Of a stretch of DNA of 64,000 bases, positions 1-12,860 are shown piece by piece; position 1 is the stretch's first letter; the number at the start of each line of letters is the position of its first letter. Source of the stretch: Azolla caroliniana. Lineage: Eukaryota; Plantae; Polypodiophyta. The notes under the pieces were generated by a model. The model saw nothing but the letters and a program-made list of their open reading frames with translations. It did not search any database and was not told the origin of the DNA. The stretch is from assembly GCA_043228905.1 (NCBI GenBank), contig JBHGNT010000002.1, forward strand, positions 868,001-932,000, in the 5' to 3' direction. A program made the position numbers and the translations under genes.

Positions 1-339
1 CAGAGATAGAGAAAAAAGGCGCGCGATTGTCAGGAGGAAGAGGAGGATGTCAGTGACGGCAATAAATGCGTACAGCCGAGACGTAGATTATACGTATCCG
101 TATACATAAATATATATACACAACATACATAAAACATACGCATACTTACATACATATATGTATAAATTTATAATGTATGTATGTATGTATGTGATGCAGC
201 ATATACCTCCCATATATAACAATTATACCTCATGCATATTTTTGTATTCATCCATTCATTCATCTATTTATTTTTCATTTTTGTTTTCTTTTACATAATT
301 TTGTATGTGGATGGTGTGTATGCCCGTGGATTCTTGTCG

Positions 340-3100
340 TTAATAATCCTTGGATGGTGTGTGTTGTGCATTTGGGGGAAAAAGGAAAGTAAAGAAAAGA
401 CAATTTCCGAGTGTAATTCCAAGTTTATTTAACCCATTTACAAGTGCTATTCTAAGGATGCGACCAATGCTTTTGCATGGCTCTACGATCCAAGGTTCGA
501 TCGGAAATGTTATTCTATGGATGCAACCAATGTTTCCGCACAGCTCTACAAGCCAAGGTTCGGTCTCTAAATCAAGCCTAATAGTTACCATCAATCATGT
601 CAGGTTGTTTTGACGACTACCTTAGATAATGAAGGATGTGGTTTTTAATTGGACCGTGAGAAATGGGCTCTTATTTCATGGATTTCAAGGGGTAACACAA
701 CAAATCTGTAGGATGAAAAGGAAGTTGATTTGGCAATTTTCGCAACTATGTTGTGTGGGACGCTGTCCCAAATGAGGTAGATTTATGTCATCTACTGTTA
801 CAACACTTGAGAGGGTTTACCTTCCCATATCACTAGTGGAGATAGCAAAGGTTGTTTTATCATCTTGTTTTAATAACAAACATGCATTTACTAGGGGAAA
901 AACTTGACGAAGGATGCTTCTCAATGACAATACAATCTTTTTGTTTGGACCATGGAAGTTTTGACTTGAGCATTAGAAAGTGGTGAGGAATAGCCAATTA
1001 GAAACATCATTATAAACAAAGAGATATCATGCTAGTGAGGTGAACTAAGTGGAGTATTAGAAAGTGGTCAGTAGCCAATTAGAAACATTATCATAAACAA
1101 AGAAATATCATGATAAAATATTTAGAACTAAGTACAAAATTCTTCCTACTAATAAAGCTAACTACAAAATTGCAATATTTAGTTTGATGCTTCCGAATCT
1201 TGTTGCCATCTCTTCCTCGATATGAAGGGCTTCATCGACCGAGTTGTAAGTCAACTTAGTCCAAGCAATACCTTTGAAATGCGAATTATTTTTGAAGTTT
1301 GAGTCATGACTCGTGAGCACTAAGACGAGCTTATTTAAGATCATTTCTCACAATCAAAGCCTGAACAACGCCTCCAAACTCAAAGTGGCCGCACGATCAT
1401 GTTGCACACTAAAATTCTCCAATCAAATAACGCCACGTCCAAACTTTGATCAACTGTGCAAGATAACCCAATTGAGTCAAGGTTGGGTTGGATACCACAA
1501 TTTCCACATCCAAACAACACCTCCAAGCTCAATGCATGTTTTCAGATAGTTTATTGCTTGCCGACAACATTGAGATAAACATGATGTTGTAACATTTGGA
1601 ATAAGAAAGAAGAGATTTGATTTGAAGCAAAGGCACATACGAATATTAGTGTTGAGTTACCTACAACATTCACAAGAGAATTTTGGGGGAAGCACATTTT
1701 CATGAACATTGGGTCTACGGAAGCGGTAGTTATAAATGATTGATAATACTAGCCTCTAGAAACAAGGGTGGAAGGATTTTAGAGATGGTTGCAAATCCAT
1801 CAACGAAGCGTTTTGTCTCTCCTTGAAATGTAATTGATTGTCAAAGGTAAAGATCATGCTCAAAATTGTTCCACAAGCAATTATCCATGTGATGTCATGT
1901 ATGCATTCATAGAAAAAAGCAATCGTCGTCCAAGTAAGGAACGCACTCAATTAATACTCACATGGAACAACCACATGATTACCCAACGTAAATTTGGAGA
2001 TTTCATCTCCTATAGAAAACAAATTGCTTTATACTCGTAACTCATGTAAAATGCCTTAGCAATGTAACAAAAACACATTATGCAATCGAGCACCATTCAC
2101 ATGCAATGCCAATAGAAATGTTTGACGTGAACATACAAAACTTGATAAAGTTTTATGCATTGGATCCTTTCATCATCTACTATATGTTTAGAAGTTTCCG
2201 CTTGGGTATGAACTCAAAGTTCTGATGATACAAGGAGTCAGGGGTAGGTTTGATGGTATGAGGCAAATTATAGTATTAGAGACGTGCCCGAAGAAAGGGC
2301 ATTTACATGTTTCCATGAAAAGTGACACAACATAACCTTAACCTTTTTCTAGTTGCAAATTTTGTCTTGTGTCATAGATGACTAAGGTATGATGTAGCTT
2401 TTATGGTTGGAAGTTTGTATTTACAACTATGGCTTTTTACATGTGCAATGGCACACAGACCCTCTAGGACATATTAAAAATGTGTATAGTATATACCATT
2501 TACATGGAAAATGTATCGATGGATGTCAGATAGTTGAGGTTGGTGGTATATTTAGTGAAATGCACACAATAGTGGGTGTAGAGATTTAGCCATGCCATGT
2601 TATCATTGCCTTCAATTATTAGGTGGAACCTAGTGCAAGTGAGACAAAAAGGCGGTCTGTTACAAAACATGGAGAGGCTATAGTCTATAGGTAGGAAGAA
2701 CCACATTTCTATTGTTGCCTAATGTGAATGGTCCTTTCCCATGTCCGTTCAACATAATTTTGAATTTGGCTTTTGAGGAATTAATAAAGGCAAACAACCA
2801 ACGTACATTGCATCATAATTGGTGTTGAGATGTTAAAATACTAGTAATTGATGTATGGACAAGCGTAGAAACATCTGATGCCCCCTTGGCTTCTCTAGTG
2901 GTATCATACAACAAGGGTACAACCTATTGATGGTGATGATTATTTTCATCATCAGACATAAAAAGGCATACCATACCCAATTCATCGATGGCACAATAAT
3001 ATTATGAAAATCATCAGCTAGAAAATAAACAAATGAGACTGAAATCAAATCTTTTTAGTTGTTTTCCTTTAACATGTCCTCAAAAGGCATAAAAGATATA
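340..3100 (-). mobile_element. Heavily decayed MULE-like (GCM/WRKY-type Zn finger + DDE) transposase remnant
   Basis: Minus-strand translation across stops and frameshifts gives ordered fragments: MFCNRPPFCLTC (~2650), YVHVKH...AICFL*EMKS (~2130-2000), KERQNASLMDLQPSL (~1800), LSENMH*AW (~1540), EEMATRFGSIKLNI (~1190). These match, in order, motifs I recall from bryophyte/fern SWIM-MULE transposases (CxxCxxPPxC, FDHVKR..CDMQSED, RERTCLFHW, LAETVHNKW, ELFGSTKRKL). Boundaries are approximate. Confidence 0.45.
972..1115. repeat. Local tandem duplication, ~85-bp period
   Basis: attagaaagtggt...tagccaattagaaacat...ataaacaaaga.atatcatg occurs twice (from ~972 and ~1056). Confidence 0.75.
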
Positions 3101-3765
3101 CCATACTCTAGTCACCAATGTCATCAACGCCTCCGATCTCATTTGTGTATTTCTCTAGTCACTAGTTTGGTATCATTACTATAGGGCACAATAAACCCTT
3201 AAAAGACGAAAAACCAAGTACTATTGTAGTTCAACTTTGATTGAAAGTTTAGCTAGCTCTCCACATATTCTTTTCATGCTCCTTGTAGTACAACACTTCA
3301 TCAAATCTCGTAGGTTTCATATAGAATGGTCGTGGTATAACACTAGGCTTAGCCTCTATTAAAGGGGATTGAACGATGGTAGTTGGAGATAATGGAAATT
3401 TTCAACAGGTAGCAACCATGATGATTCACTTGCATTGTTGTCATCTTACGTATAATAAAAAGTGTGATCATGTATGGAAAATTTACAAATCCACACGAAT
3501 ATAAAACAAAAAAGTAAAATATAGGACATAAGGAGGAATAATACACATACAAGCTCCCTAAATAAATAGAAAAAATGTAATTAAGCTTAATCTAACGATG
3601 TCATTTACTAATTATGGTAGCAACTAGAAATTGGGCATGACTTAACTGGAATGTTAATTTCCTAAGATTTTGGGAAATCTTGCTTCTTTAATCAGAAACG
3701 CATGTATATATCTTAATTAGAAAGAAAGAAAGAAAGAAGAATGAAATATTAACGTCTTCTATGAC

Positions 3766-4770
3766 CAAATTTGGTCCATGAGACAATTGGTTACAAACAT
3801 GGGATGTGTATCCAATTATCGGGAATAAAAATAAAATAGAAGCGTGCTTGTGCATATTCCAAAAATCGGCGTAGTTTTCTTATTTTATGTCTCTAAATAC
3901 TTCAGCCCGTGACATTCTGCGCTCAATCATGAATACTTTATAAATATAGAGAACATACTTTTTGGATATTGAAACATATAATCCTTTTCCCAATAAAATA
4001 CGATAAAACTTTCATATCCTACCAAAGTATTATTAGGCCTTTAAGTTTTTAGCTTTATTGCTTCAATTCCAACTTTCTTATGTACAAGTGACTCGACATG
4101 CCACTCAACTCCATCAAATTCTGAAATGAAAATCTAGAAATGTACTGCTTGTTATGCTCGGCAATTACGTCAACCATTAATTTGAGGTGAATTGCTCCAA
4201 CACTGAGAATAAATTATTATTTGATTTTGATTAGTAATCATCCTCTTTGCACAATTGAGGTTCAATTTTCCAAAAGATAAATAGTGTTAGTTCATTGTTA
4301 TTGTTCACATTATCATTCCATACAAATTTTGTTATATTTTGAAGGAGATACATTGTTTGATTTGTACACATGATGCTTTAATAACACAATGTTTAGATCC
4401 TTTATGGAAGAATGAGAATTTGTATTGGTCTATCCTTATGTTCTCGGGACTTGAAGACACAATGTAACATTGTCCCTTTAGTTTTCTAACCTGTAGGTCG
4501 GGGAAAGTAAATCGTTTTTTAGGGCATGGTTTCGCTTTCTTAGCTTCATTTTGCCAAACACCAATTATGTTTAACATATACATCAGTTTCCAACACTACA
4601 AATTTTCCATTTCACTATCATTGGTATCATTTCACCAAGGATATCATTTCCCTCTAAAAGACAACTCAAACTATTGTTGCATGTGGGCCAAGGTGACGTT
4701 GTAGACATTGAAATGAATATTGTTATTGTCTACCATTACCATCCTAATATTTGATACACCTAACAATGCA
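3766..4770 (-). mobile_element. Second decayed MULE-like fragment (3' part) with candidate terminal repeat
   Basis: ORF 4332..4583 carries QYKFSFFHKGSKHCV, resembling the family's C-terminal xYKFWFCxDDIxRCV motif. The left edge (3766-3841) shares GAGACAATTGGTT and AAAATAAAATAGAA with 12988-13070. Confidence 0.35.
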
Positions 4771-4904
4771 AGCAAGAAAAAAGTATACATCCATGCATGT
4801 AAAAAAGAAGAAGGGAGCTAGTGTTAGGTAGAGAACTAACTAGAGTTTGTCGTATCATTAATATTCTTTGTCTTAGGGGGGTGAGATAGTTGTGCCACAT
4901 ATTG

Positions 4905-5880
4905 TGTTAAATGACATTTGATCAATGGGTATGGCCCTCCACATGCCAAGATAAAAATCAATGGCTACAAATGCTAGTGTATGCAAAAAAGATAGAGGAT
5001 GTCTTGAGATTTAACTCAAAGAATACAACATAGAAATGAAGAGTGTATAGCAATGAACATGGCATTCAAATGTGATTGCGATAAAGGTTCCAAACAATAA
5101 AGCTATAGCTTACAAGTTACGTGCTTGTGATCGAGCAAATCAATCCTTTTACTTAGTGGGTGAAGTGAGTGACTACCGTGAAACACTATCAAAGGTTTCC
5201 TTAATGTAATAGGGTTTTTGTACTTAATAATTAGCCCATAAACCATATTCAATGCAACCCTTTATGTTGACAACACATTTGAAGGTTGCAAGTTCTTGTT
5301 CACATCTAACACTTCCCCTCAAGTATGTGCTACCAATGCGAGCTGAGCCATTCACTATAACTTTTATATTGTCAACTCTCTAATTATTTGATCCCTAGAC
5401 TCTTTTACATCTTTTGTCCACCTTGATGATTCCTCCGGACTCATTTGCAACTATTTTTTTATTGATCTTGATAATTATCTATTGCACAAGAGTTCAAGGT
5501 CACCTTCTCTTAATTGAGATATAACATGAGCTAACATTGGATCTCTTTATCTTTGGTCCACCGTTTGATCATTGAATGCTTTCCACTCTAATAGTGGTGT
5601 AGCTCTAGATATCACGTGCCATCGACATTCATGCCCAGTGCCCACCTCACTCAACATCTTGATTTCAGCCATAAAACTTTGTACACCACTTTTGAGGTCA
5701 ACAAGATCCTCAATTCCTTCTTGATAGTCCACTAAATATTTTGAGCCCCCAGAGTGAAACTTAACATGGAAATCAACCACATGTCTTACTAATCCCAACA
5801 TAATGTTATAATCCTAAGAGTCATATAGGTTTCTCTTTCCAAAGAGGTATAGAAGTTCAATTGAGAAGCATTAAGGTATA
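4905..5880 (-). mobile_element. Truncated old Ty1/copia 3' end (RNase H remnant, PPT, LTR ~4905-5311)
   Basis: The minus strand reads CTTGAGGGGAAG (PPT, 5312-5323) directly followed by TGTTAGA at 5311. The candidate other LTR end is TGTTAA at 4905. Upstream there is degraded RNaseH-like text (GLVRHVVDFHVK). Confidence 0.5.
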
Positions 5881-5891
5881 CCAAAGAGATT

Positions 5892-5925
5892 GTGTGCGTG
5901 CGTGCGTGCGCGCGTGCGTGCGTGC

Positions 5926-5963
<38 letters not shown>
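5892..5963. repeat. Compound microsatellite (GCGT)n(GT)n(GA)n
   Basis: Seen directly. Confidence 0.95.
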
Positions 5964-6776
5964 ATTAGAATTTTTATCGTCTATAAAGAGGCCAAATTTG
6001 ACCTATGGGACCAGAGTATACATGTGTTCTTGATATGTGTCTCCTTCCTAAGAAGGGGTATTCATACATTGAAGCACAAAGTCTCTATGTGTGAATAAAT
6101 CATACACATATGAGCTCAACCTTCTAGGTGGTGTCTTAAGTATGACACTTAAGTTATCACTCCCTCTTAGTATGTCAGAATATCTTGAACGAATTGCACT
6201 ATATGTCGAGCATGTGAAGAGCAAGTGACATTCATCCTCTACTATGCCTTCATTGCATACTTTACATGTCTTCAAATTCATTATATTTTGATACCATGAT
6301 GCAATTTCAATACCTAACTCGTGAGATCGAGTACGAAGTAGTGTAAGGGCTCTACGAGCATTACTACTCATATTGGTAATGAGATAAGGTTGGATACGAT
6401 CAATAGACATTCTTGCTTTATGTTGAGACCAACATTCAAGGTTGACATTTGCAATGTAATATTCTAGCTTTGTCCTCTTAGCATCTTCCCACTTTATCCT
6501 TAATGATTCCACCAACCTTTCCTCAATCATTACATAATGAATAACATCACTTGAAAGCTCTAAAAGATCATCCACATCCCATCTTTTAAACCATTTCCTT
6601 ATGTCAACAACCCAACCGGATGAGAGAATCTTACTCTTATGATTCTTTTGTCACTTATATCCAAAATTCCAATCAAGATGTGGTAATTGATGATTTAGCA
6701 TATTCTTGACTTTTGTAATGTATGTATATACTCTTTAGAGTGCCAGTATTTCTATAGGTTGAACACTTGTTTCCAA
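5964..6776 (-). mobile_element. 5'-truncated non-LTR retrotransposon (RTE-X/L2-like ORF2 C-terminus)
   Basis: ORF 6048..6575 contains RTRSHELGIE...CKVCNEGIVEDECHLLFTCSTYSAIR, the CCHC motif typical of LINE ORF2 C-termini. (GA)n lies on both sides (5944-5962, 6777-6794). A homologous copy is at 26612-27530. Confidence 0.75.
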
Positions 6777-7641
6777 GAGAGAGAGAGAGAGAGATCAATC
6801 AATTATAGATTGAGTCCCCCCCCACTAGACATTTAACCTCAATAACCAACACTTTCTCTCATAGGAACATAGACTGTAGAATCAAAATTGACTACCATGT
6901 AAAAAAGCAAGCTGGGGGTATTGCTCAAGTTATGAACACATTATGACTGAGAAAGATAAGGTCATGCTAGGAGATTCAAGCTAACATGTTAACCTCCCAC
7001 ACACCTTGTTTTAGAACATGTGAAGACATAACAATAGCAATTGCAAATACCAATGTAATGATCTTGAATTATTCAAAAGATAATGCTTTTTGGAAAAGTA
7101 TACATAATTATTCTCTAATTCAAGGAATCTTTTGACAAAAAAGGTTGACCTTTTCCCTTTTATGCATGACATCGTTGCATGAACACTACAAAGAAACAGT
7201 AAATTAGTTCGAATGAACGATTACGTGAATTAAACTAGAAATATTTTGAAGCTTAATCATTGGACATTTTATAGTCACTAATAATCATTCATCATCTCTC
7301 CATATGACTTACCACTCTTCAAAAAAGTAATCAATTTAAAATTAAACAGGTAAGTTCCAAAATTTTGTTATGCAATCATCAGCATGTAAACCAACAATCA
7401 AGAATGCAATTTGATGCCCAAATATAGCATCATGAAAGAATTAAATGGCCTGATACCAATCTGTTAGTACTAAATCGGAGACATGTTGAATGTTGAGACT
7501 CCAGCGCTTCAATATTTTGTTCGCAATGTCAGTTCAAATTTGGATCACTGTGCTTCATATGCACTGAATTTCTCCCTATTTCTTCCTACAAAAATTTAAT
7601 CCTCTTGTGCCCAAAATTTGAGGATAATGTTATTATTATAA

Positions 7642-10600
7642 TTATGCTTCTTTCCTGCCAATTCTGCAACCAAAAGTTACATCATGATTATCTTCAGGAA
7701 CAAAAGACATAATACAGAAACCCAAAGACCATCCTATGGTTGTCTTACTTGAAGCAATGTATCCCGAGAGCATTTGTAATCTCCTGAATAACGCTAACAG
7801 CAAAGTGAACATACAACGACACTAGAAATAAAAAATGATCAGATTTCCGATCAGTGAAGCTCCTCAAACAATATGTGAATGAAAATCAATTGAAAGAAAT
7901 GGCTTACTTGTAAAAGCACAGTACCCAAAAAGTATCCATTGCTCATCCACCAGAGGAGATCTGCTATGGTGACAGCAAAATGTGATGCTTAAATCAACAT
8001 AATTTAGGTTATACCCAGTAAATACAAAAAATGCAGTAAGAAAAGAATCATATATGATTAAAAGCTTCTTACCCCCCTAAATATTTTGCAGACACAGCGT
8101 TGACTATAGCAAAGGGAAGGACCAACAATGACTGTCAATTCAGACAACATTAGAAGAGATTAACATATAGAAGGGAGAACTCACCCTAATATTCCAGAAG
8201 TTTAGTGAAAATTCCCTCATTTTTCATTCTCAAAATACTCTTAATTCTCTACAATACCTCTCTCTCTCTCCCCCTCAAGAAACTCTACTGAGAGAAAAAG
8301 ATGAAGCAATCATAGGGACACGAGTATCCAGAGAACTCTGAAAAATGAGGGTACTCGGGGAACTTTTTTGAAACATAACCCAGAAAGATGAGAGTATTGG
8401 GGAAACTTCTGTAAAACAAATACGAGTGTATTTGGTAGATTTCTCTTTGTGATACATACATAAGATCTGTAGGGAATAGAATGAAAGGATCTTACCATAC
8501 ACATGCCTGTTTTCAACCCTTTGGGTTCATCACATAAATGAGCTAGGATCAACCTCCCCTTTGATAAAAAAGAAAGGTTTCCAATTAAACCTCTAATTAA
8601 ACTGCAGATTGGCATCGTAGTTTCAAATAAAATCCTTACAACAAGATAGCCAAATGCAAAACCACTGCCAGCAATTAGCAGGTGAGGTTGGTTTTGAAGT
8701 ATATCTGAAGGTGACAGTAGTCCCCTGAAAAATGAACCATAGTAAAGTTTTTAAGTAATTCCCTAGCACGTTTTTTTATACTACTGATCAATATATATAT
8801 ATATATATCAAACACCTCGTCAGAGATAATGCTGTAACCAAAACAACGTCAAAAGTTATTACAAGGTCCACTATATATGTCATTCCATCATTCAGGACCA
8901 CTAAAAAAAAAGCCACCAATTCAATTATCATTTTCTTGTGACATGGACCATAAATCTTTAAGCCTAGACGTTGAAAAATATATATTTGAGGTTATGAAGA
9001 TTAGTTTACCATGATTGAAAAAAGCTTTTTCTAATTACATTATTTGATTACCAGTTATTCTCAAATTAGCAAACAAGCATGTCCTGACTGAGATATCTAT
9101 GACCTTAATTTGCAAATTTTGATTATAGTTTGTTAATCTCGTTTTAAGTAGATTCATAATTAGCAAATTAGTTATTTGTAAAATTAACCATTTGTTATAT
9201 GTTTAATATGAGCTTGCTTCATTATGTGCGTACTGCTAATTTTTCATGTGATTAAGAGCCTATGTTTTGACCAAGCATACATCAGTAAAGTTGAAAACAA
9301 GCAAAGCATACTCTCTAAAATTCTAGCACATATAAGCATATATTATTTCAATTCCCTGTGTTTTTTAAGGCCTAATTATGTATTCAAATTTTACGTGATT
9401 AGTTGGGCCATCGTTGACCAAGCATATATATATATATATATAGAGGTAAAGTTTAAAAAAATAAACGTACTTTCCTAAATTCTAATATAAGTGTATCTTT
9501 CTTAGTGATTTTCCACAATAAAGATGTCTATGACATACCAAGCTGTGACTCCAGTTACCAACAGGAAGAAAGGAAATAGCTGAAACAAAATGAGAGGGTT
9601 AGATTATATGCAGCACATTATTTATGGAAGATACATACACACATGAATAACTGATTTAAGCACCAAAAGAGATATATACTACCTACCATAGCTAATGCCA
9701 GAGGCATGCTTCCATTTCTACTCTTCACCACGTTGTACACATTGTAGACACTACACCAAGAATTAACAATGGGGCAAAATCAACAGCAGCCAGATGAAAC
9801 GATCACAATATTTCTTTAAATTTTGCATTATACAAACAGATTTGAAGAATGTGAAGCATTACTTATAGCTCACTGTTGGTGTCATTCCAAGCAATATCAT
9901 GAATACAATGACGATGTCGTAGATTGCTAGTTCTATCCAAAAGAAACCAAAATCTGTGAGATTAACTTTAGCAATGATGATGTCGTTGATTGCTAGCTCT
10001 ATGCAAAACAAAACAAAAAAACGTGTGATTCATTTTAATTTTTCGTTTTTTTCTCCAATTTGTCTCTGAGCTTCATCATTTCTCAGTGACCCTGAACCCC
10101 CAAATGAGCAACCATGTGAGCTATTTGAGCAATTACATGGCCAATTCAAATCTCAGAGTTCTTTTCAAATGCATCTCTTTATGTTTAGACTTCGTGAGGC
10201 AAGTTATGTTTACCAGATAGAATCGGAAAACCTGCAAATACATAGAAAACATCACCAGCTTTTTGACCCCACCAGGCTGGTCCTGCAAGGTTTTCCATAA
10301 AAATGTCAAAAAGTCATGATATTTACCCAACATCAAGTCAATTTTAAGATGTGTTTCGGTCATTTAAAATGAGAACTACCAACAATGGCAGTGAAGAAAT
10401 GGGCCATGTATATCATCATTAAGCCTTCAGTGGGTCCATTAATTTCTGGCAAGATCAGTGTGTTTGTAAAATAGCTGCAAGCCCATTCAAACATGCACAT
10501 CATTAATTCACAAATAATTTATTATATGGAAAATAAATTGGAAATAACTCTAAACCCTAAACCCCTAAGTGGAAACCAGTGCATCATTGTAGCTTATCAA

Positions 10601-11805
10601 TAAATAAAACTTACTGTTCCCAAGTTGCTGCATAGAAGGTAATGACAGACATCAACCAGAAATAGAGTGTATGTTTTCCACTTGCTACTGAGTTTCCAAA
10701 AGCCATTGCCTCAAACTACATAAAAAACAAGGGACATACTTGATAGTCGTTTGGAACAATACGTAAAAGTAACAAAGAACATCCACTTACTGCACATGCA
10801 ATAGCATCGCAACCTGCAAGAAACGCAATTGTATTAGCATATATACCCTGCTGAAAACAGAAATATTTAGTAAGAAATGAAACATACCATGATCAAAAAG
10901 TTCTCCCAAAGGACTGGATGAATTTGTGCGCCGTGCTTGTTTACCATCGACGGCATCAAAAGTCTGAAAACAATTAAAAATGGGCTTAGCAACCAAATTC
11001 TACATGTCCCTAGCATTATGCCTCAGACCTGAACTACAAACTACAGTTACTTTTATCAGATTTAAATATGTACTTTCTTAGAATTTTTCTTCTCTTAACA
11101 TTCTTTATCTTGAAATAATAATAGAAATTTTTACTAAAATTGTAGGCAAACCTGATACAAAAACAGCAGGAGACCATGGAGAAAGTGCACCCACTTCGGA
11201 GAAAAAGAAGTAAAACTTGGATTGTAAATCTGTAATATAGGATCGATGTGAGTCCTTATGATGAAATTAGTTTATTTATATTTATTATTGAATCCTATGC
11301 AATTTAAAAACCATTTACCCCAGAAAACCACTTACATAGCTAAGAATGGAAGATGCGACAACAAATAAGAATCCTGTCAAGGTGATCTGCAATTCATAAA
11401 GATAAAATATTAGGTAACTCACTTGGGGTCGCAGAGACTGCTATCAAGCAAGAAACAATATATTAAACAAGAAACATACCATGTTGGGGCTGATGCCGAA
11501 TCATCCAAACATACAAAAGACAGTATAAAGAGTGAGCCAACATAGAAATCCTGAAGAAACACATGATCACTAGCAACTCTATCCCAGAGGCAAAAGTAAA
11601 ACAAATGAACTGATGAGTACCAAAACAAGTAAAACCTTCTACAGAAGCGAAGGAAAGAAATTACTCACGGCATCCATATGGGGAAAATTGTTACAAAACG
11701 GCTCCAGAAAGGTTGGAAAATATATTTTGCCATGTATGAGCGATCCACTCCACTGTACTTATACCTATGTAATTCATTGATTCCATGCTTCCCGATGTAT
11801 CCCAT
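7642..11805 (-). CDS. AAPT1: Aminoalcoholphosphotransferase (choline/ethanolamine phosphotransferase), 18 coding exons, 389 aa
   Basis: Exons (minus): 11805-11669, 11489-11480, 11386-11336, 11229-11152, 10963-10888, 10813-10791, 10715-10615, 10474-10380, 10282-10214, 9932-9863, 9750-9687, 9579-9539, 8724-8640, 8558-8496, 8131-8073, 7960-7908, 7821-7749, 7663-7642. All introns are GT-AG and the total is 1170 nt. The protein MGYIGKHG...[29 protein letters not shown] (CDP-alcohol phosphotransferase motif)...[13 protein letters not shown]...IGRKEA* is collinear with plant AAPT. Confidence 0.96.
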
Positions 11806-12860
11806 GATGATATAATCGACTTGGTATTAAATTTCACAAGGAAGTAATCATTAAGTTCAAGTTGCCCATCCTAGTAAATGAGAAAGAAAGGCAACTGTAG
11901 TTAAAAAACCAACGATAATATTTGTCATACACTTTGTATGGGCTGGAACATTAAAAGACTTGAAGGTAAAGCTCCTTTGCTTGATTTTTAAAGATATACA
12001 AATGCTTTCAAGAGTTTATACAATAAACATACATTTATCACCTAGCCAAACATCGTATCATTTGCTTTTCTGATTACAACCTAGCCTAGCAGAGGATTGC
12101 TCTTGCTCGAAGGAAATAATAGATCTCCTTGGTATTCAGTACGTCCTTCTTTTAATATCCTCAGATGAGAAAGATGGAATGGATTATAGACAGTCAAAAG
12201 ATGGCGTTTAGATGGCAATGCTCTTATCAGACATTAATATCTGAGGATTATTACTTCACAAATCAAGGATTTACTCAATCAATGGATCCACTTAATAATA
12301 TGATCTATGAAGTAATAAGAAATGAGGATTTATATAGAGAAAAATAGCACAAATTTATATGACTTTGTCACGAATGTTTGTTAAAATACGTAGGAATTTT
12401 TCAGCATTACAAATAATTTCAGTCGCACAATTTCCGAGCAAAAATATTTTCTCAGCACTAAACCATCTACAAACTCGAGGAAAACAAAGAAACGAACTTG
12501 TTTACAGGCCCATTACAATTTGCAGCCACAGGAGTTTTCGGAGTTTTCTTTTTCTTGAATAAGGAAAAAGCCAGGAAGATTGTATCTTGAATCTAGAAGC
12601 CTTTGAAGGCTACAACAGATGTCTAAGGAAATCATCCAGAGACACAGTTGCAGCTCAAAGAAAGTGGGGACATATTGATTTATTCAATAAAGGCTGTAGC
12701 ACTTAAAAAAATTCAACAGGCTGCAAAAGCGGCACAAAACACAAATGAGCCGGCTACGGTAGGCGTTTTCAGCCATAGCTGAAGCTCAGAGGGAGAACGA
12801 AGATCGGATTTACCTGCGAGAAGCAGAAGCAGCAGAAGAAGGGGCAAATCTAAATAAATA
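11806..12860 (-). promoter_or_regulatory. Putative AAPT 5' UTR with ~940-bp leader intron and 11-codon uORF (11869-11834)
   Basis: Donor CAG|GTAAAT at 12814/12813. Acceptor tttctttctcatttacTAG|G at 11871/11870. After it the sequence reads ATG GGC AAC TTG AAC TTA ATG ATT ACT TCC TTG TGA. Confidence 0.55.
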
